This document shows, one piece after another, positions 22,786 to 36,916 of a DNA stretch of 64,000 nt. This DNA comes from Octopus bimaculoides (lineage: Eukaryota): contig NC_068987.1 of NCBI RefSeq assembly GCF_001194135.2, forward strand, positions 82,833,607 to 82,897,606, in the 5' to 3' direction. Both the position numbers and the translations under genes were made by a program. The notes below the pieces were generated by a model. The model searched no databases. It was not told where the DNA came from and saw only the letters and a list, made by a program, of their open reading frames with translations. Position 1 is the stretch's first letter. Every line of letters starts with the position of its first letter.

Positions 22786-23267
22786 GATATCCAGTGCATG
22801 CATAGCTGGATAAAATTTATTAAGCAGATTTCTTACATTTCAGTGCTCTTCCAGTTGCCAACCCTCATCTGTTTCCAAGCAAAATAATATTTCCCCAATC
22901 CTTCACTTTTTTTTTTTTTGAAGAATATTGGAAATGAAGGATATTATTTGCATGATGGTGAAATTTGCTTATAACCATCATGTGATATCAAAGCAAGGAA
23001 ACAATAACGCACATATACACACATACACATATAACACACACATGTACACACACAAACACTAAGTGGGATTCTATCAGTTTCTATCTTCTAAATCCACTCA
23101 CAACGCTTTGGTTAACCGAAGGCTATAGTAGAAGACACTCACCCAAGGTGCCGTGCTGTGGGACTGAACCTGCAACCGTGAGGTTAGGACCTAAGTATGT
23201 TAACTGCACAGCCATGCCATGTTTTTGGAGAAATCTCAGCCTGAATTACATCAACATTGAAGTACTT

Positions 23268-23700
23268 GATGTGTGTGTGTGTGTGTGTGCGTGTGCACAT
23301 CTTTGTGTGTATGTACACATATTTCTGTGTGTGTATGTGTGCACATCTTTGTGTGCCTGTATGTGTGTGTGCGCATCTTTGTGTGTGTGTGTGTGTGTAT
23401 GCATGCATTTGTGTGTACATGTTTGTGTGTGTGTGTGTGTGTTGTGTGAGTGTGTGTGTCTGGGAATGTGTGTGCATGTGTATGTGTGTGCATCTTTGTG
23501 TGTTTGAGTGTGTGCATGCGTGTGTGCATACATGTTTGTGTGTGTGTGCATGTTGTATGAATGTGTGTGTGCGTGTGTATATGTGTGCATCTTTGTGTGT
23601 GCGTGCATGTGTGTTTATGCATGAATGTATTCATGCTTGTGTGTGTGCACGTGCATGTGTTTGTATGTGCGTGTACATGTTTGTGTATGTTTGTGTGTGT
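23268..23700. repeat. Compound (GT)n/GTGCAT microsatellite (similar at 8460-8824, 32230-33540, 43440-43945, 54170-54850)
   Basis: Read directly. Confidence 0.9.
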
Positions 23701-24547
23701 GTCTTTGTCCTTCTTCACCACCACTTGACAACTGGTGTTGGTTTGTTTGTGTCCCCAGAGCTGACCGTTTGAATTACAGGTACTACTCATTTTTGCCAGC
23801 TGAGTGGACTGGACCAATGTGAAATAAAGTGTCTTGCTCAAGGACACAACACATCACCGGGAATTGAACTCACTGCCTTATGACTGTGAGCTGAATACTC
23901 TACCACTAAGCCACAAGCCTTCACATCTATATGTATATATGACAGGCTTCCATACAGTTTCCGCACCAAATTAACTGACACGGCATTCATTAGGCCAAGG
24001 TTAGAGTGAAAGACACTTACCTAAACTGCTACACGTTATTCAACTCTTATGGTGAGCTGGAATATCGTATTCTATTTTCATTTGCAATTTCCATAGAAAT
24101 TTCTATGTAAGGTTGCACATTTATAAAAGACTTACAAACCTATAATTTGTTGCCATCCTTAAAGAATCAATACATTAAATTAAATTATCCACAGTCCTAT
24201 TTTTATTTCCCTTAATTTCCATATGCAAATATACAGGTGTTAGGAGCGCCCCATATATTTATGTAGAGGAATATTTGGATATACTGCACATATATTAGCA
24301 CACACATGGTAAAAGCAGTCACAGTTATTCTCACAAAGAATGGGAGTAAACATGTATTTACATTTCCTCAAATACTTTTGAATCGAAATAACAAAAGAAT
24401 GGTAAAATAGACGGCAAAAGTAGAATTACATTTATAAGTTACTATATATATATATGTGTGTGTGTGGGTGACTGTGTGTATGTGTGTTTGTGTGTGTGTG
24501 TGTGCATGCATATCTGTGTATATATTTATATATATATATATATACAT

Positions 24548-24582
<35 letters not shown>

Positions 24583-24891
24583 GATATAGATATATATACA
24601 CACACATATATATATACACAAACACACACAGATATCTATTTATATATATATATGTATATATGTGTATATATATGTATATGTATACTTGTGTGTATACATG
24701 TTTATGTATTATGTGTTTGTGTAGATATATATGCGTGTGTGTATATTCATATGTATGTCTGTATGTATTTATGCACACATATATAATATATAAACAATAT
24801 ATCTATCTATATATGTGAGTATGCACATGTGTAGTATGATGCATATGTATATTTATATATATATAAATATATGTATGTATATATGTATGTG

Positions 24892-24933
<42 letters not shown>

Positions 24934-24943
24934 NNNNNNNNNN

Positions 24944-24974
<31 letters not shown>

Positions 24975-25330
24975 TATATGCAGTTTTCTTTTTTCTATAC
25001 AATCCACTGACATATCTTATTTTTAGTAGATGCACTTAACTTTTTTGAATATCTTTCTTTTCTTCGCAAAATTCATTTTCGTATCATCCTAACAGAGTTT
25101 TCTCTTATTTCCAAGACTCAGTAAGTAGTTTATTCATTGTTATACCAAATCTACAACAAAGACCTAACAATAGCACATTGGCTTACTGTTCTAATTTAAT
25201 TTAGCTCCAGTCTAGCTAGATCTTTTCTGAGTTATTGTTTGAGAATTGCCTGATTAAAAAAAAAAATGTTAGTAATCATTATATGCTATGAATTATGTAT
25301 AGTACCAAGTTTGGTACTTGTTTTTGTTGT

Positions 25331-25710
25331 TGGCACTCCGTCGCTTATGACGTCAAGGGTTCCAGTTGATCCGATCAACGGAACAGCCTGCTCATGAAAT
25401 TAACGTGCAAGTGGCTGAGCACTCCACAGACACATGTACTCTTAACGTAGTTCTCGGGGATATTCAGCGTGACACAGTGTGACAAGGCTGACCCTTTGAA
25501 TTACAGGCACAACAGAAACAGGAAGTAAAAGTGAGAGAAAGTTGTGGTGGAAGAGTACAGCAGGGTACACCACCATCCCTTGCCGGAGCCTCGTGGAGCT
25601 TTTAGGTGTTTTCGCTCAATAAATACTCACAACGCCCGGTCTGAGAATCGAAACTGCAATCCTATGACTGCGAGTCCGCTGCCCTAACCACTGGGCCATT
25701 GCGCCTCCAC
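25331..25710 (-). mobile_element. SINE family 3b, full length (5' part also at about 59098-59320 on +)
   Basis: Different head GGAGGCGCAATGGCCCAGTGGTTAGGGCAGCGGACTCGCAG, joined to the same 3' module as family 3a. Confidence 0.75.
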
Positions 25711-26057
25711 TCCAAGTTTGGTACTGTTTAAGGACTGACTGTTTAAGAAATTGACTCTGAGAAAAATTACTATGAATATTAGAGTGGCTTAGTGTATGCA
25801 CTGCCTGGTTTAGTCTTAGAGTTTACTACCCCCACTCTCCACGGTCCCTGCCTCTGTACAGGCTTATACTGCAGACCCAAAAGTGCCATGCCTATAAAAG
25901 TATTGCCTGGAACAGATCACATCCTTCACTCCTGGGCCCCCAATCATAATACAGGCTTTGTCTAAAGGATCCTTATTGTTTATACAAGAAATAACTAAGC
26001 ATTAATCTGATGTCATACTTGAAGATTATTTGTTAAATAAAAGCTTTTATTATATAA

Positions 26058-26435
26058 TACTCTTTTACTTGCTTCAGTCATTTGACTGCGGCTATGCTGG
26101 AGCACCGCCTTTAGTCGAGGAAATCGACCCCGGGACTTATTCTTTGTAAGCCTAGTATTTATTCTATCGGTCTCTTTTTGCCGAACCGCAAAGTTACGGG
26201 GACGTAAACACACCAGCATCAGTTGTCAAGTGATGTTGGGCGGACAAACACAGACACACAAACTATACACACACGCATACATACATATATATATATACAA
26301 CGGGCTTCTTTTCAGTTTCTGTCTACCAAATCCAATCACAAGGCTTTGGTCAGCCCGAGGCTATAGTAGAAAACACTTGCCCAAGGTGCCATGCAGTGGG
26401 ACTGAACCTGGAGCCATGTGGCTGGTAACAGCCAC
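26058..26435 (-). mobile_element. SINE family 1, near-consensus copy
   Basis: Family diagnostic motifs. Confidence 0.8.
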
Positions 26436-26443
26436 TCACACTT

Positions 26444-26699
26444 GTTTTTCACTTCAGCTTTATTATTATTCATATTTTATTGTCCATTGTCTGAAATCTT
26501 TTGTCACACTTCCTGTGACCTCTTCAGTAATACTCCATCCCATGTATCTCCTCCTGTCCTGTTTAGTCCATTTTCTGAGAATGGACTAAACAGGACAGGA
26601 CACACGAGAGTTGCTGAAAAGGTCGCAGGATGTATGACAAAAGATTTCAGACAAAGGACACTAAATAAGAATAATAATAACAAAGCTGAAGTGAAGAAC
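26444..26699. repeat. Fold-back (palindromic) element, about 256 bp
   Basis: Perfect 20-bp inner stem CCTGTCCTGTTTAGTCCATT/AATGGACTAAACAGGACAGG around a 7-nt loop. Outer arms are complementary out to GTTTTTCACTTCAGC/GCTGAAGTGAAGAAC. Confidence 0.85.
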
Positions 26700-26916
26700 C
26701 AATATAGAGTATGTGTGTTCATTTGGCAGAAATAAATAGATAAATAAATAAATAAATAAACAAAAAAATTGCCATCTATAAATATATAAAACACTTTCTT
26801 ATTTTATTGTTAACTTTTTTTTTCTTATATTATGACGATAGTGAAATAATCTTTGTGATATTATCACAGTGTTGAATAGGTCTTTCTAAACTCCTCACAA
26901 AGAAATGTATTTGTTC

Positions 26917-26947
<31 letters not shown>

Positions 26948-27087
26948 TGTATGTGTGTACATGTAAGTATATGTATGTCTATACCTATCTATCTATCAAT
27001 CTATCTATCTATTTTCCTGTATCTCTATGTGTGTGTGTATGCACATATATACATATATGTGCATACATATGTATGTATGTCTATGTA

Positions 27088-27161
<74 letters not shown>

Positions 27162-28201
27162 ATGTTAATCTCCATTTTGTCACGAATGGTTTAAACTTAT
27201 AGAGAAATTCTTCTGCATACTGTAATGTTAATTTTTTGATAAGATAGATATTTAAAAAATTTCTATGAACTTTCTGTGATTTTTCTGCTACAACAAAGCT
27301 TGGTTTTTCTGTAACATTATGACTATATTGACATACCATATTATCTCATGAATAAGCTGCATTATTTTCTATTCAGCTCTGAATGAAAAGAACTGGTGTG
27401 CAACTTATAAAAAGGGTAAAGCTAAATCTATGAAAGGAAAAAAAAATCTGTACCAAAATTTAAGACTAAATTAGGAGTCTGACTTACTCATAAGAAAATA
27501 GGATAATCTTTGTGAATTAATCTTTCTAAAGCCATTGCAATGGAATTTGGTATTTATTTTTCTTTGAGAAGATGTTTGCTGAATCAGATGAATATACTTT
27601 CAAATAAATAATTTTCTTATTTTAAAATACTCATAATGCAAACCTGTTCTGAAATTTGAGAAAAAAGTAAATTTTGCTGAGATATGTTATTAAAAACCAT
27701 TTTTTATGTTGCCAGAAATCTTTCATACTTCTGACATTATCTTGTCAAAAGGTGTTGTAAAATAAAATATACTTCTACAACTTCAATGTAAGTTTCTAGG
27801 GGTTATTATTATTTGTTTTTTTTTAAAGCTTTTATATTGTTCTTAATATAACAAATATGAAAACTAAAAGGTTTCTTTTTTTGTCTTTTGATTTTGTCAG
27901 CAGTTTTGCTGATTAATGGAGCTAAGAAGAAAAATTTGTTTTCATAAAGATTCCCTTCAACTATAAAGTACAATTTTTTTGATCAATAAGACACAAACAA
28001 ATCTTGACTTCGACTGAGAAATGTCTAGATTCTTAATTTAATCACAAGACATAGAGCAATGTAAAACATTGGCATTTCACACAGAGATAAAGGACAAAAT
28101 TACAGACATTAATATACATACATACATACATACATATATATACATAATATATGTGTGTGCCTATATATATATATATATATATATATACATACACACACAT
28201 G

Positions 28202-28284
<83 letters not shown>

Positions 28285-28542
28285 CAAAATGAACACAATG
28301 TATTCTTTGAAGAACCCATGAAGTCCAAGACAAAAGATAATAATACAAACAAAAGTGCTTCACAGTGAAGATAAGCACAAAAAAACTATTTCCAATGTCT
28401 CAGAAATATTTTTCATAACAAATAAATATATATTCTATAAAATATATTAACTAAGAGACTATTTCTTATTTGAATCAGCAGATTTTCTTGAGTTCCAAAT
28501 TTATAACAAAGTGATGGCACTGTTATATTTATATGTTATATT

Positions 28543-28696
28543 TTATTACTGGTTTAATTTGTTTTATGTCCATTGTCCAGAAATCTTTTGTCACACATCT
28601 GTGACCACTTCAGTGACACTTTCCATTTTCGTGTGTGTTCTTGCTCCACTTATTCCATTCTATTCTTTGACATAAAACAAATTAGACCAGTAATAA
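28543..28696. repeat. Second, internally shortened copy of the 26.4-kb fold-back family
   Basis: Arms TTATTACTGGTTTAATTTGTTTTATGTC and GACATAAAACAAATTAGACCAGTAATAA. Shares GTCCATTGTC..GAAATCTTTTGTCACAC and the downstream flank with the 26.4-kb copy. Confidence 0.7.
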
Positions 28697-28763
28697 ACAA
28701 GTGAAGAAAAAACATATATAGTGCATGTTTTTATTTGGCAAACAAATAAATAAATAAATAAAT

Positions 28764-29428
28764 AAGAGCACTCAGAGAGCGCAAACCTCTGCCAAGGCAA
28801 CACCAACGTCCTCTCAACGATTAGCCAAAGATGATTATTAAAATGGGGATATCTGAAATAAACTTGACTGCTCTCACAAACAAATGAACCCAACCACTCT
28901 CAAATTTTAAGTGAAAAAACAGGAAAAATAATCTGGAATCCTTGTCTGGTACTGGATCAATCCCAAAATCTAGTCAGTTCATGCCAGTCATGAGGCCAAA
29001 CATCCCTGAATGTTTGATCCAAATCCATTCAGCGGTTCTTGAGATATTTTGTCCATGGTTCCAGGTTCATCCCTTGTGAGTGGATTTGGTAGACGGAAAC
29101 TGAAAGAAGCCTGTTGTATATATGTATATGTATATATATATGTGTGTGTTTGGGTGTCTGTTTGTCTTTCCAACATCGCTTGACAACCGATGCTGGTGTA
29201 TTTAGATCCCCGTAACTTAGCGGTTCAGCAAAAAGAGAGCGATAGAATAAGTACTAGGCTTACAAAGAATAAGTCCTGGGGTCGGTTTGCTCGACTAAAG
29301 GTGGTGCTCCAGCATGGCCACAATCAAATGACTGAAACAAGTAAAAGAGTAAAAGAGTAAAGAGAGAGTATGGACAAACAAACACAACAGAAAACAATAC
29401 CTCTGCCTTCGTTAAGGCGGAGGTAATA
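28764..29428 (+). mobile_element. Non-autonomous Helentron/HINE-like element with a SINE inserted (about 29070-29368)
   Basis: 5' AAGAGCACTCAGAGAGCGCAAACCTCTGCCAAGGC, whose ACCTCTGCC recurs in the 3' terminal hairpin TACCTCTGCCTT-CGTT-AAGGCGGAGGTA (29398-29425). This subterminal-repeat plus hairpin layout is typical of HINEs. Confidence 0.55.
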
Positions 29429-31287
29429 AATAAAATGACCATCCCGAAATGTAACAATATCTGTTTCAACACAGGATTTCACATCAGGAATATTGCAAAA
29501 CCAATTGATAAACTTAATATTTTAGCATTCTGTTAATTGATAGTTCATGAAAACAGATTTTACTAACAAAAAAAGTAACTGTTCATCTTAACATTTCAGT
29601 GAGGAAAACCTTGATGTAAACACAGCGAAATCTAAATTGTAGTTATTCTAGAGTAAATTAGCAAATTCCATTATGGGGTTGTCTATCACTTGTGGCAGAC
29701 TTAATTAATGGAATGCTTGAAATTCAATTTCAATTACCTTTTGTCAAACAGCAGTCAAAGGGAAACCAATACCAACCCCTCTAGATATACTCGAACAGCT
29801 GTTTTCCGTCCTTTCCTCATGTGGCTTTTCCCTTTCTCCAGTTTACAGCCCCTTCTTCTTATATTCCAATAAACTCCCTCTTCTTACATCTCTCTTCCCC
29901 TCCATATATATCCATCCATACCTTCCTGGTATTTTCCCCAAGAAAAGAACAGCTAATTAAGTGCGCTGTAACAAGCGGAGAGTTTCTTAAATAATTCCCA
30001 AATTTGCTTAGAAGTGAGCAAAAATGTCTGAAATGTTATGACTTTCTTCATTATCTGTTGTCAATTTTTTCTTCTTTTTATGTTAGTTCAGGTGGACATC
30101 TTTAGAAGCATCTATGTTCGTGAAGATATTTTAGTATGAAAACAGTAATCAGCTATATTTGCAAACTTTTTATCTATTCTTTTTTTTTTTTTTTTTTTTT
30201 TNNNNNNNNNNNNNNNNNNNNNNNNNNNNNNNNNNNNNNNNNNNNNNNNNNNNNNNNNNNNNNNNNNNNNNNNNNNNNNNNNNNNNNNNNNNNNNNNNNN
30301 NNNNNNNNNNNNNNNNNNNNNNNNNNNNNNNNNNNNNNNNNNNNNNNNNNNNNNNNNNNNNNNNNNNNNNNNNNNNNNNNNNNNNNNNNNNNNNNNNNNN
30401 NNNNNNNNNNNNNNNNNNNNNNNNNNNNNNNNNNNNNNNNNNNNNNNNNNNNNNNNNNNNNNNNNNNNNNNNNNNNNNNNNNNNNNNNNNNNNNNNNNNN
30501 NNNNNNNNNNNNNNNNNNNNNNNNNNNNNNNNNNNNNNNNNNNNNNNNNNNNNNNNNNNNNNNNNNNNNAGTGATTCTGCTCCAAATAATATATATTTTC
30601 CTGCCTAACCATTCAAGTATTTGTCCTTCGTTTCGTATTCGCATCAACACATCACTAGACCTTGCTGAAGCAGAAAATTACTTTTATGTTAAATTAAAAA
30701 TACAAGTAGGCATAATCAAAAAGAAGATGCTTGAAAAATCGCTATTGAAATTTTATATTTTTAGAAAGATTTTAAACAAAATATGAAAAGAAATTCTTTT
30801 TTAGAAATTTACAAAAATATCTAAAAAAAAAAAAAAAATTAAAAAATTTAAAAAATAAAAAAAATTTTAAAAAACCTAAAAAAAGACTTCAGTAAAATTC
30901 CTTCAAATTCTTTTGAGAAATTTTGTTTTTTAATATTCTTTTGCTATAATGAAGAGAAAATATGTTAATAAAATGATGTTATTACTGTACATACAAGCAC
31001 ATGCACTTGCAGTCATGAATATACAGCAGCCTGATATTGTTTTCTTCAATAAGCATCTTGTTGATATCATCATTTCTTTTGTGGATATCCCACTAGTTGC
31101 CATTGTTGTATAACTACATTCATACCTAATACCACTGCAGACCTATTTTATCTTTTTAATATTGTAATTAATAAAGAATATACTATTGGCAACAGGTTTC
31201 TTATGAGCAAATCACATGCATGAATGTGTGTATGCAAATGTATGTATATGTATGTATGTTACATGTATATATATGTATAAATATATA

Positions 31288-31330
<43 letters not shown>

Positions 31331-32367
31331 GTGTGTATGTACATCTATATGCATATATATTTATAAATATATGTATGTATGTGTATATTTATATGTATAT
31401 TTATATGTATATGTATGTATATATAAATGTGTGTGTGTGTGTGTGTGTGTGTGCAAGCCGTCTAAAAGTCCATAAGTCAGGAAAGAATGCACTCATGTAT
31501 CTGTCAGAAGAATGGGTGTATTAATCGAAGTGTACAGTATTATATATCCATTATAGCTGATTTTACCAATCTGTTTCACACTAGGGGGTTCAACGGAGTA
31601 TTAAGTAACAGTCTGATTATGTAACCCTGCACTCTTCAGAGGTAGCCATTATCAAATGAAATATGGTGACTGCTCTCTATTGTCGGAGGTGAACAGACAC
31701 ATTTGGTTTATGGTTGCTGTGAAAACGACAATGAAACGAACTGAGCGGGGGTTAATTTCTCACCCCCACCCCACCCCATCCCCAACATAAGGCCCTACAC
31801 GTGTTACACCCCTAAACACACCGTATGCATATATAAATGCCCTAAGAATTTAACCATAGCACAAAAGAAAGAAATTATACTAACATTAGACTGTGGCCAT
31901 GCTGGGGCACCACCTTGAAGAATTTATGGTTGAATGAATTGACTGCAGTACATTTTTTTTTTAATTTCGTACTTATTCTATTTGTCTCTTTTGCTAAACT
32001 GCTAGATAATAGGGCGGTAAACAGCAACATTGACTGCTAAATGGTGGTGGGCGTGGAGAGGCAAACAAACACACACACATGTGTCAGGCTTCTTTCAGTT
32101 TCTGTCTAACAAATCCACTGACAAGACTTTGGTCGACCTGAGGCTATAGTAGAAGACACTTGGCCAAGATGGTATGCAGTGAGACTACATTCAGAAGCAT
32201 GTGATTGGGAAACAAGCTGCTTATCATACATACATACATACATACATACATATGCATACGTAATATATATACATACAAACATTTATATGTATGCGCATTT
32301 ATATATATATATATAGAGAGAGAGAGACAGAGAGTGAAATATAAATATATGTATTTATATACATATA

Positions 32368-32409
<42 letters not shown>

Positions 32410-32613
32410 TTTATGTGTCTCTATGTGTGTATATGTGTATGTGTGTGTACATATTTATGTATGTACATATAGATATGTGTGTAGGTATGTATGCAAGTAT
32501 GTATATATACATAACACACATATACACAAATACGAGCTCATGCATATATACAAATACGTTTGTGTCTGTTTATTTATATGCGAGTGTGTATGTATAAATG
32601 TGCGTATACATAT

Positions 32614-32678
<65 letters not shown>

Positions 32679-33121
32679 GAGAGAGATAGATAGATATATA
32701 TACACATATACATAATTGTGTGCTTATATGTCTGAGTGTATGCATGGAAGTATGCGTGCACATATTTCTACGTCTTTTTTACTATATTTTACTTTGTTAA
32801 TGAGGTACATGTTATTAATATGACAGCTGAATATAGAGTTACCAGTTTTAATTATGGCTTGGCATTCAGTAAAGGCAAAAAATAAATTAGTTTCCTTGAT
32901 TTAAAATTATACATTTTTTAAAAATATTTCCCATTACAAAGTTATCAGTGATGTATATTATCTCATAAAATAAGACACAAAAGTTAGGCTAGATTGCAAC
33001 TTCTTTCAAATTTTTCTACATTATAGAACAATAATTTCGGCTGACCTTTTAATCTAACGTAATAATTTTCATTTAAGATAGTACATATATGTATGTATAT
33101 CTGTATGTATATGCGGGTGTG

Positions 33122-33177
<56 letters not shown>

Positions 33178-33413
33178 TATGTATCTGTGTGTAAGTATGT
33201 ATGCATGTGTATTTGTATATGCATGTATATGTGTGTGTGTGTATGCGTGCTTGGGTATGTGTGTTGGCATGTGTGTATGCGTGTATGTGTGTGTATGTAT
33301 TTATGTACATACAAAAGTACTTATGTATTTGCATTTATGTATGTGTGTATATATGTAGTTACCTATGAATATGTACAAATGTGTGTGTATAAATATATGT
33401 ATGCATATGTATG

Positions 33414-33497
<84 letters not shown>

Positions 33498-33956
33498 TAT
33501 ATTATATATATACACACACACATACACATATCTATATATGTATGTCTTTCTTTTTAAATGTAAAATGAAAATAACGAACAAATTCTAAATGTAATTTAGT
33601 TTGATTCATTATCTATGACCTTAAATGTAAAACCAATAAATAGATTTTACAATATTTTGTCTTTGCTATTTTAAAATTTTGATCCTTCATACTCCCATAC
33701 CAATATTGGACAAATACAAACAGTCTAATGCATGACATACAAGCACACACACACACACACACATACATATGTACAAAAGGTTTCTTTTATTTTCTGTCTA
33801 CGAAATCTAGTCACAAGGTTTCTATTTGTCCAAAGGCTATAGTAGAAAACACTTGCCCAAGGTAACAAAGAGCGGGACTGAACTTGAAGCCATATGGCTG
33901 GGAAGCAAACTTCTTACCACATAGCCAAGCCTGCACCCATAATTATATCTATATCC

Positions 33957-34019
<63 letters not shown>

Positions 34020-34055
34020 ACCATATGTGTATATATATTCATATATACATATATA

Positions 34056-34395
34056 AGCACAGGAGTGGCTGTGTGGTAAGTAGCTTGCTTACCAGCCATG
34101 TGGTTCTGGGTTCAGTCCCACTGCATGGTACCTTGGGCAAATAAATGTCTTCTACTATAGCTTCGGGCCGACCAAAGCCTTGTGAGTGGAAATGGTAGAT
34201 GGAAACTGAAAGAAGCCCATTGTATATATATATGTGTGTGTATGTGTGTGTGTGTGTCTATGGTTGTCTCCCACTCCCAACATTGCTTGACAACCGATGC
34301 TGGTGTGTTTATGTCCCCGTAACTTAGCAGTTCGGCAAAAAAGACCGGTATAAGAAGTACTAGGCTTACAAAAAATAAGTCATGGGGTCAATTAC
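34056..34395 (+). mobile_element. SINE family 1 (a divergent head copy on - lies at about 33770-33930)
   Basis: Family diagnostic motifs. Confidence 0.75.
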
Positions 34396-35000
34396 CCCTG
34401 AGGACAATAGATGATGATTTAAAACTTCTTAATATATTGGAGAGGGTGTAATTAACCAAGGGTAGTAATTGTCCTAGGGTGTAATTAACCAAGTGGTGTG
34501 GGAATTGTCCAAGGTGGGTAATTGTCCTAATACATATATACTGTATCTGTGTTTATGCTTATTGTTGTAAAATGGTGTTGCGCATTCTGTCTTTACAGTA
34601 AAACCCATAACTTAGAAATTCAATAGCTGGAGATCAATAAAATAAATATCAGGAGGAAATAAGTGTTAGTGGGTGATAGGATCACTTAAAGGCATTGCTC
34701 TCATATATACTTACATGCATGTATATATGCATCTATATATATGTATGTATATATGCATACACATATACACTCATATAGATACATGTACCTATATACACTC
34801 ATATAGATACATGTACCTATATACAAACAAGCATGCAAATGTATACGGGCATATGGATACATATGAATGCATTCATATTATAAGCGTATTATATATGTAT
34901 ATATATGTATGTGTGTATGTATATGCATATATACATGTATGTATGTGTATATATATATGTATATATGTGTGTGTATATATATATGTGTGTAGGTCGGAAA

Positions 35001-35077
<77 letters not shown>

Positions 35078-36129
35078 GTATATGGGTGTGTATATATGTG
35101 AATGTGTGTGTGTACGTGTGTGTGTTGTGTGTGTATATATGTATGTATAAATCTGTACACACACACATGCACACACACACGCATGCACACACACACCACA
35201 CACACACACACACGCACACACACATATATATTCATGTTAATTTTTATATGTGAGTTGGAAGAAACAGAAAACCAAACTAAATGTTATTGATTTATTTGGT
35301 AAACTTGGTATTATTTCTTCCCAAATTCTGAGTCTTGATTGTATCAGCATTGATTTCAAGTCAATTTAACCACCACCACCACCACTATTGCAACTACAAA
35401 AATATCAGTAATACGTTAGGATCAATTGAATCAATTTTTCCATATCCTTTTCAGAAATTGACTTTGTGTCTTGCATTAAGCAAGACAAATCTCTCCTAGG
35501 CATTACATTTTTAGGATTTCTGGGAAAGGCAGTTCAATACAAGTTGTGAACAATGGTAATCGGGAACAACAATAGTCTTCCTAATTGGAACAATGTCATT
35601 CATTCGAACTTGTAGAACTACATTCAGTCTGGTCTACAAGTAGAATGGAATTATACATTGGTTTCGAATTTTGGCACCAGGCCAGTAATTTCTAGGGAGA
35701 AGATAAGTCAATTATATCAACCCCAGTGCTCAACTGGTACTTATTTTATCAACCCCTGAGAGGATGATAAGCAAATCTGACCCCAGTGGCATCTGAACAC
35801 GGAATGTGAAGACAGACAAAATGTCACTAAGTATTTTTCCCAGCATGCTAACAGTTCTACCAGCCTGCTGCCTTAGAATGGAATTAAATATTAAATGATA
35901 GAATTGCATTCCTTCTAATTAGTAAAATGGTAAATATGACTGTGTGTGTATGAACTCCAGCTCTTGTAGTGGAGTGGTGGTTTGTTTCAATGACCCTAAG
36001 GGTTACATTGGTGGGTTGCAAGTCCCTATTAGGGCCTCTTATGTTTGACAAGTCAATGGTTAAAGGCCAGGTGAATAAGGACTTCCTCTTCCCCTAGGCT
36101 TGTGTTGGGTCAATATACCTACCTAAAAA

Positions 36130-36345
36130 GCAGCAAGCTGGCAGAAACATTAGCACACTGGGCGAAATGCTTAGAGGTATTTCATCTGTCTTTACGTCCT
36201 AAGTTTAAATTCCACCGAGGTCGACTTTGCTTTCACCCTCTCAGGGTCAAAAAATTAAGTACCAGTTGCATACTGGGATCGATCTAATTGACTGGCCCCC
36301 TCCCCAAAAATATTTTGGGCCTTGTGCCTAGAGTAGAAAAGAATA
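36130..36345 (+). mobile_element. SINE family 2 (tRNA-like head, Nin/Deu-like domain TTTCATCCTTTCGGGGTCGATAAAATAAGTACC); other copies about 35670-35875, 39250-39490, 47600-48030, 51240-51675
   Basis: GCTGGCAGAA..GAGTTCAAATTC..GTCGACTTTGC..AAGTACCAGTTG repeated across copies. The domain name is from recall. Confidence 0.7.
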
Positions 36346-36734
36346 TACCTACCTAGGAAGAGAGCAAAGCTACAGAAGCATCAATGATAAATCAAAGAGA
36401 TTTGGGAGAGGTGGGCCTTCATTCAGAGTAACACATGATGTGGTGCAGCAAAATCCAAAAGGAACCCATCATCTGATATTGCATGTCAGGTTTATGACAT
36501 GGAATTCAAAAGGGAACTGGAAGTGAGGATGCCCCCAAAATAGCAGGAGATGGGATAGTTAGGTTGAGCTGAAAATGCTGGGATCTGAGTGGAGAGAAGT
36601 AGAAAAGACAGCCCAGATTCAAGAAGAGTGGGGAGGAGGGAAAAAATCATTGATGGGATATGGTCGATAAAAAGAGGAAAGGCTTAAGTAAGTATGGATG
36701 AACGGGGGGGAGGTAGGGAGAGAGAGAGAGAGAA

Positions 36735-36769
<35 letters not shown>

Positions 36770-36880
36770 TAAGTGAAAATAAAAGGGAAAAAGCAAAGAA
36801 TAAAATAATAGGTAAAAGAAGTCAAGAAATGAGGAAGGAAGGAAGGAAGAAAGAAAGGAAAAAGAAAGAAAGAAAGAAAA

Positions 36881-36916
<36 letters not shown>

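Noticed and set aside
33030-33065. Hammerhead-like GG-TCAG-CC-GAAA on the minus strand
   Set aside because: The core lacks G5 and there is no palindromic helix III or stem I; too degenerate.
34400-34535. Short GTAATT(G/A)(T/A)CC repeats
   Set aside because: Irregular spacing, no unique spacers; not CRISPR-like. Probably subterminal repeats of a decayed DNA element that I cannot classify.
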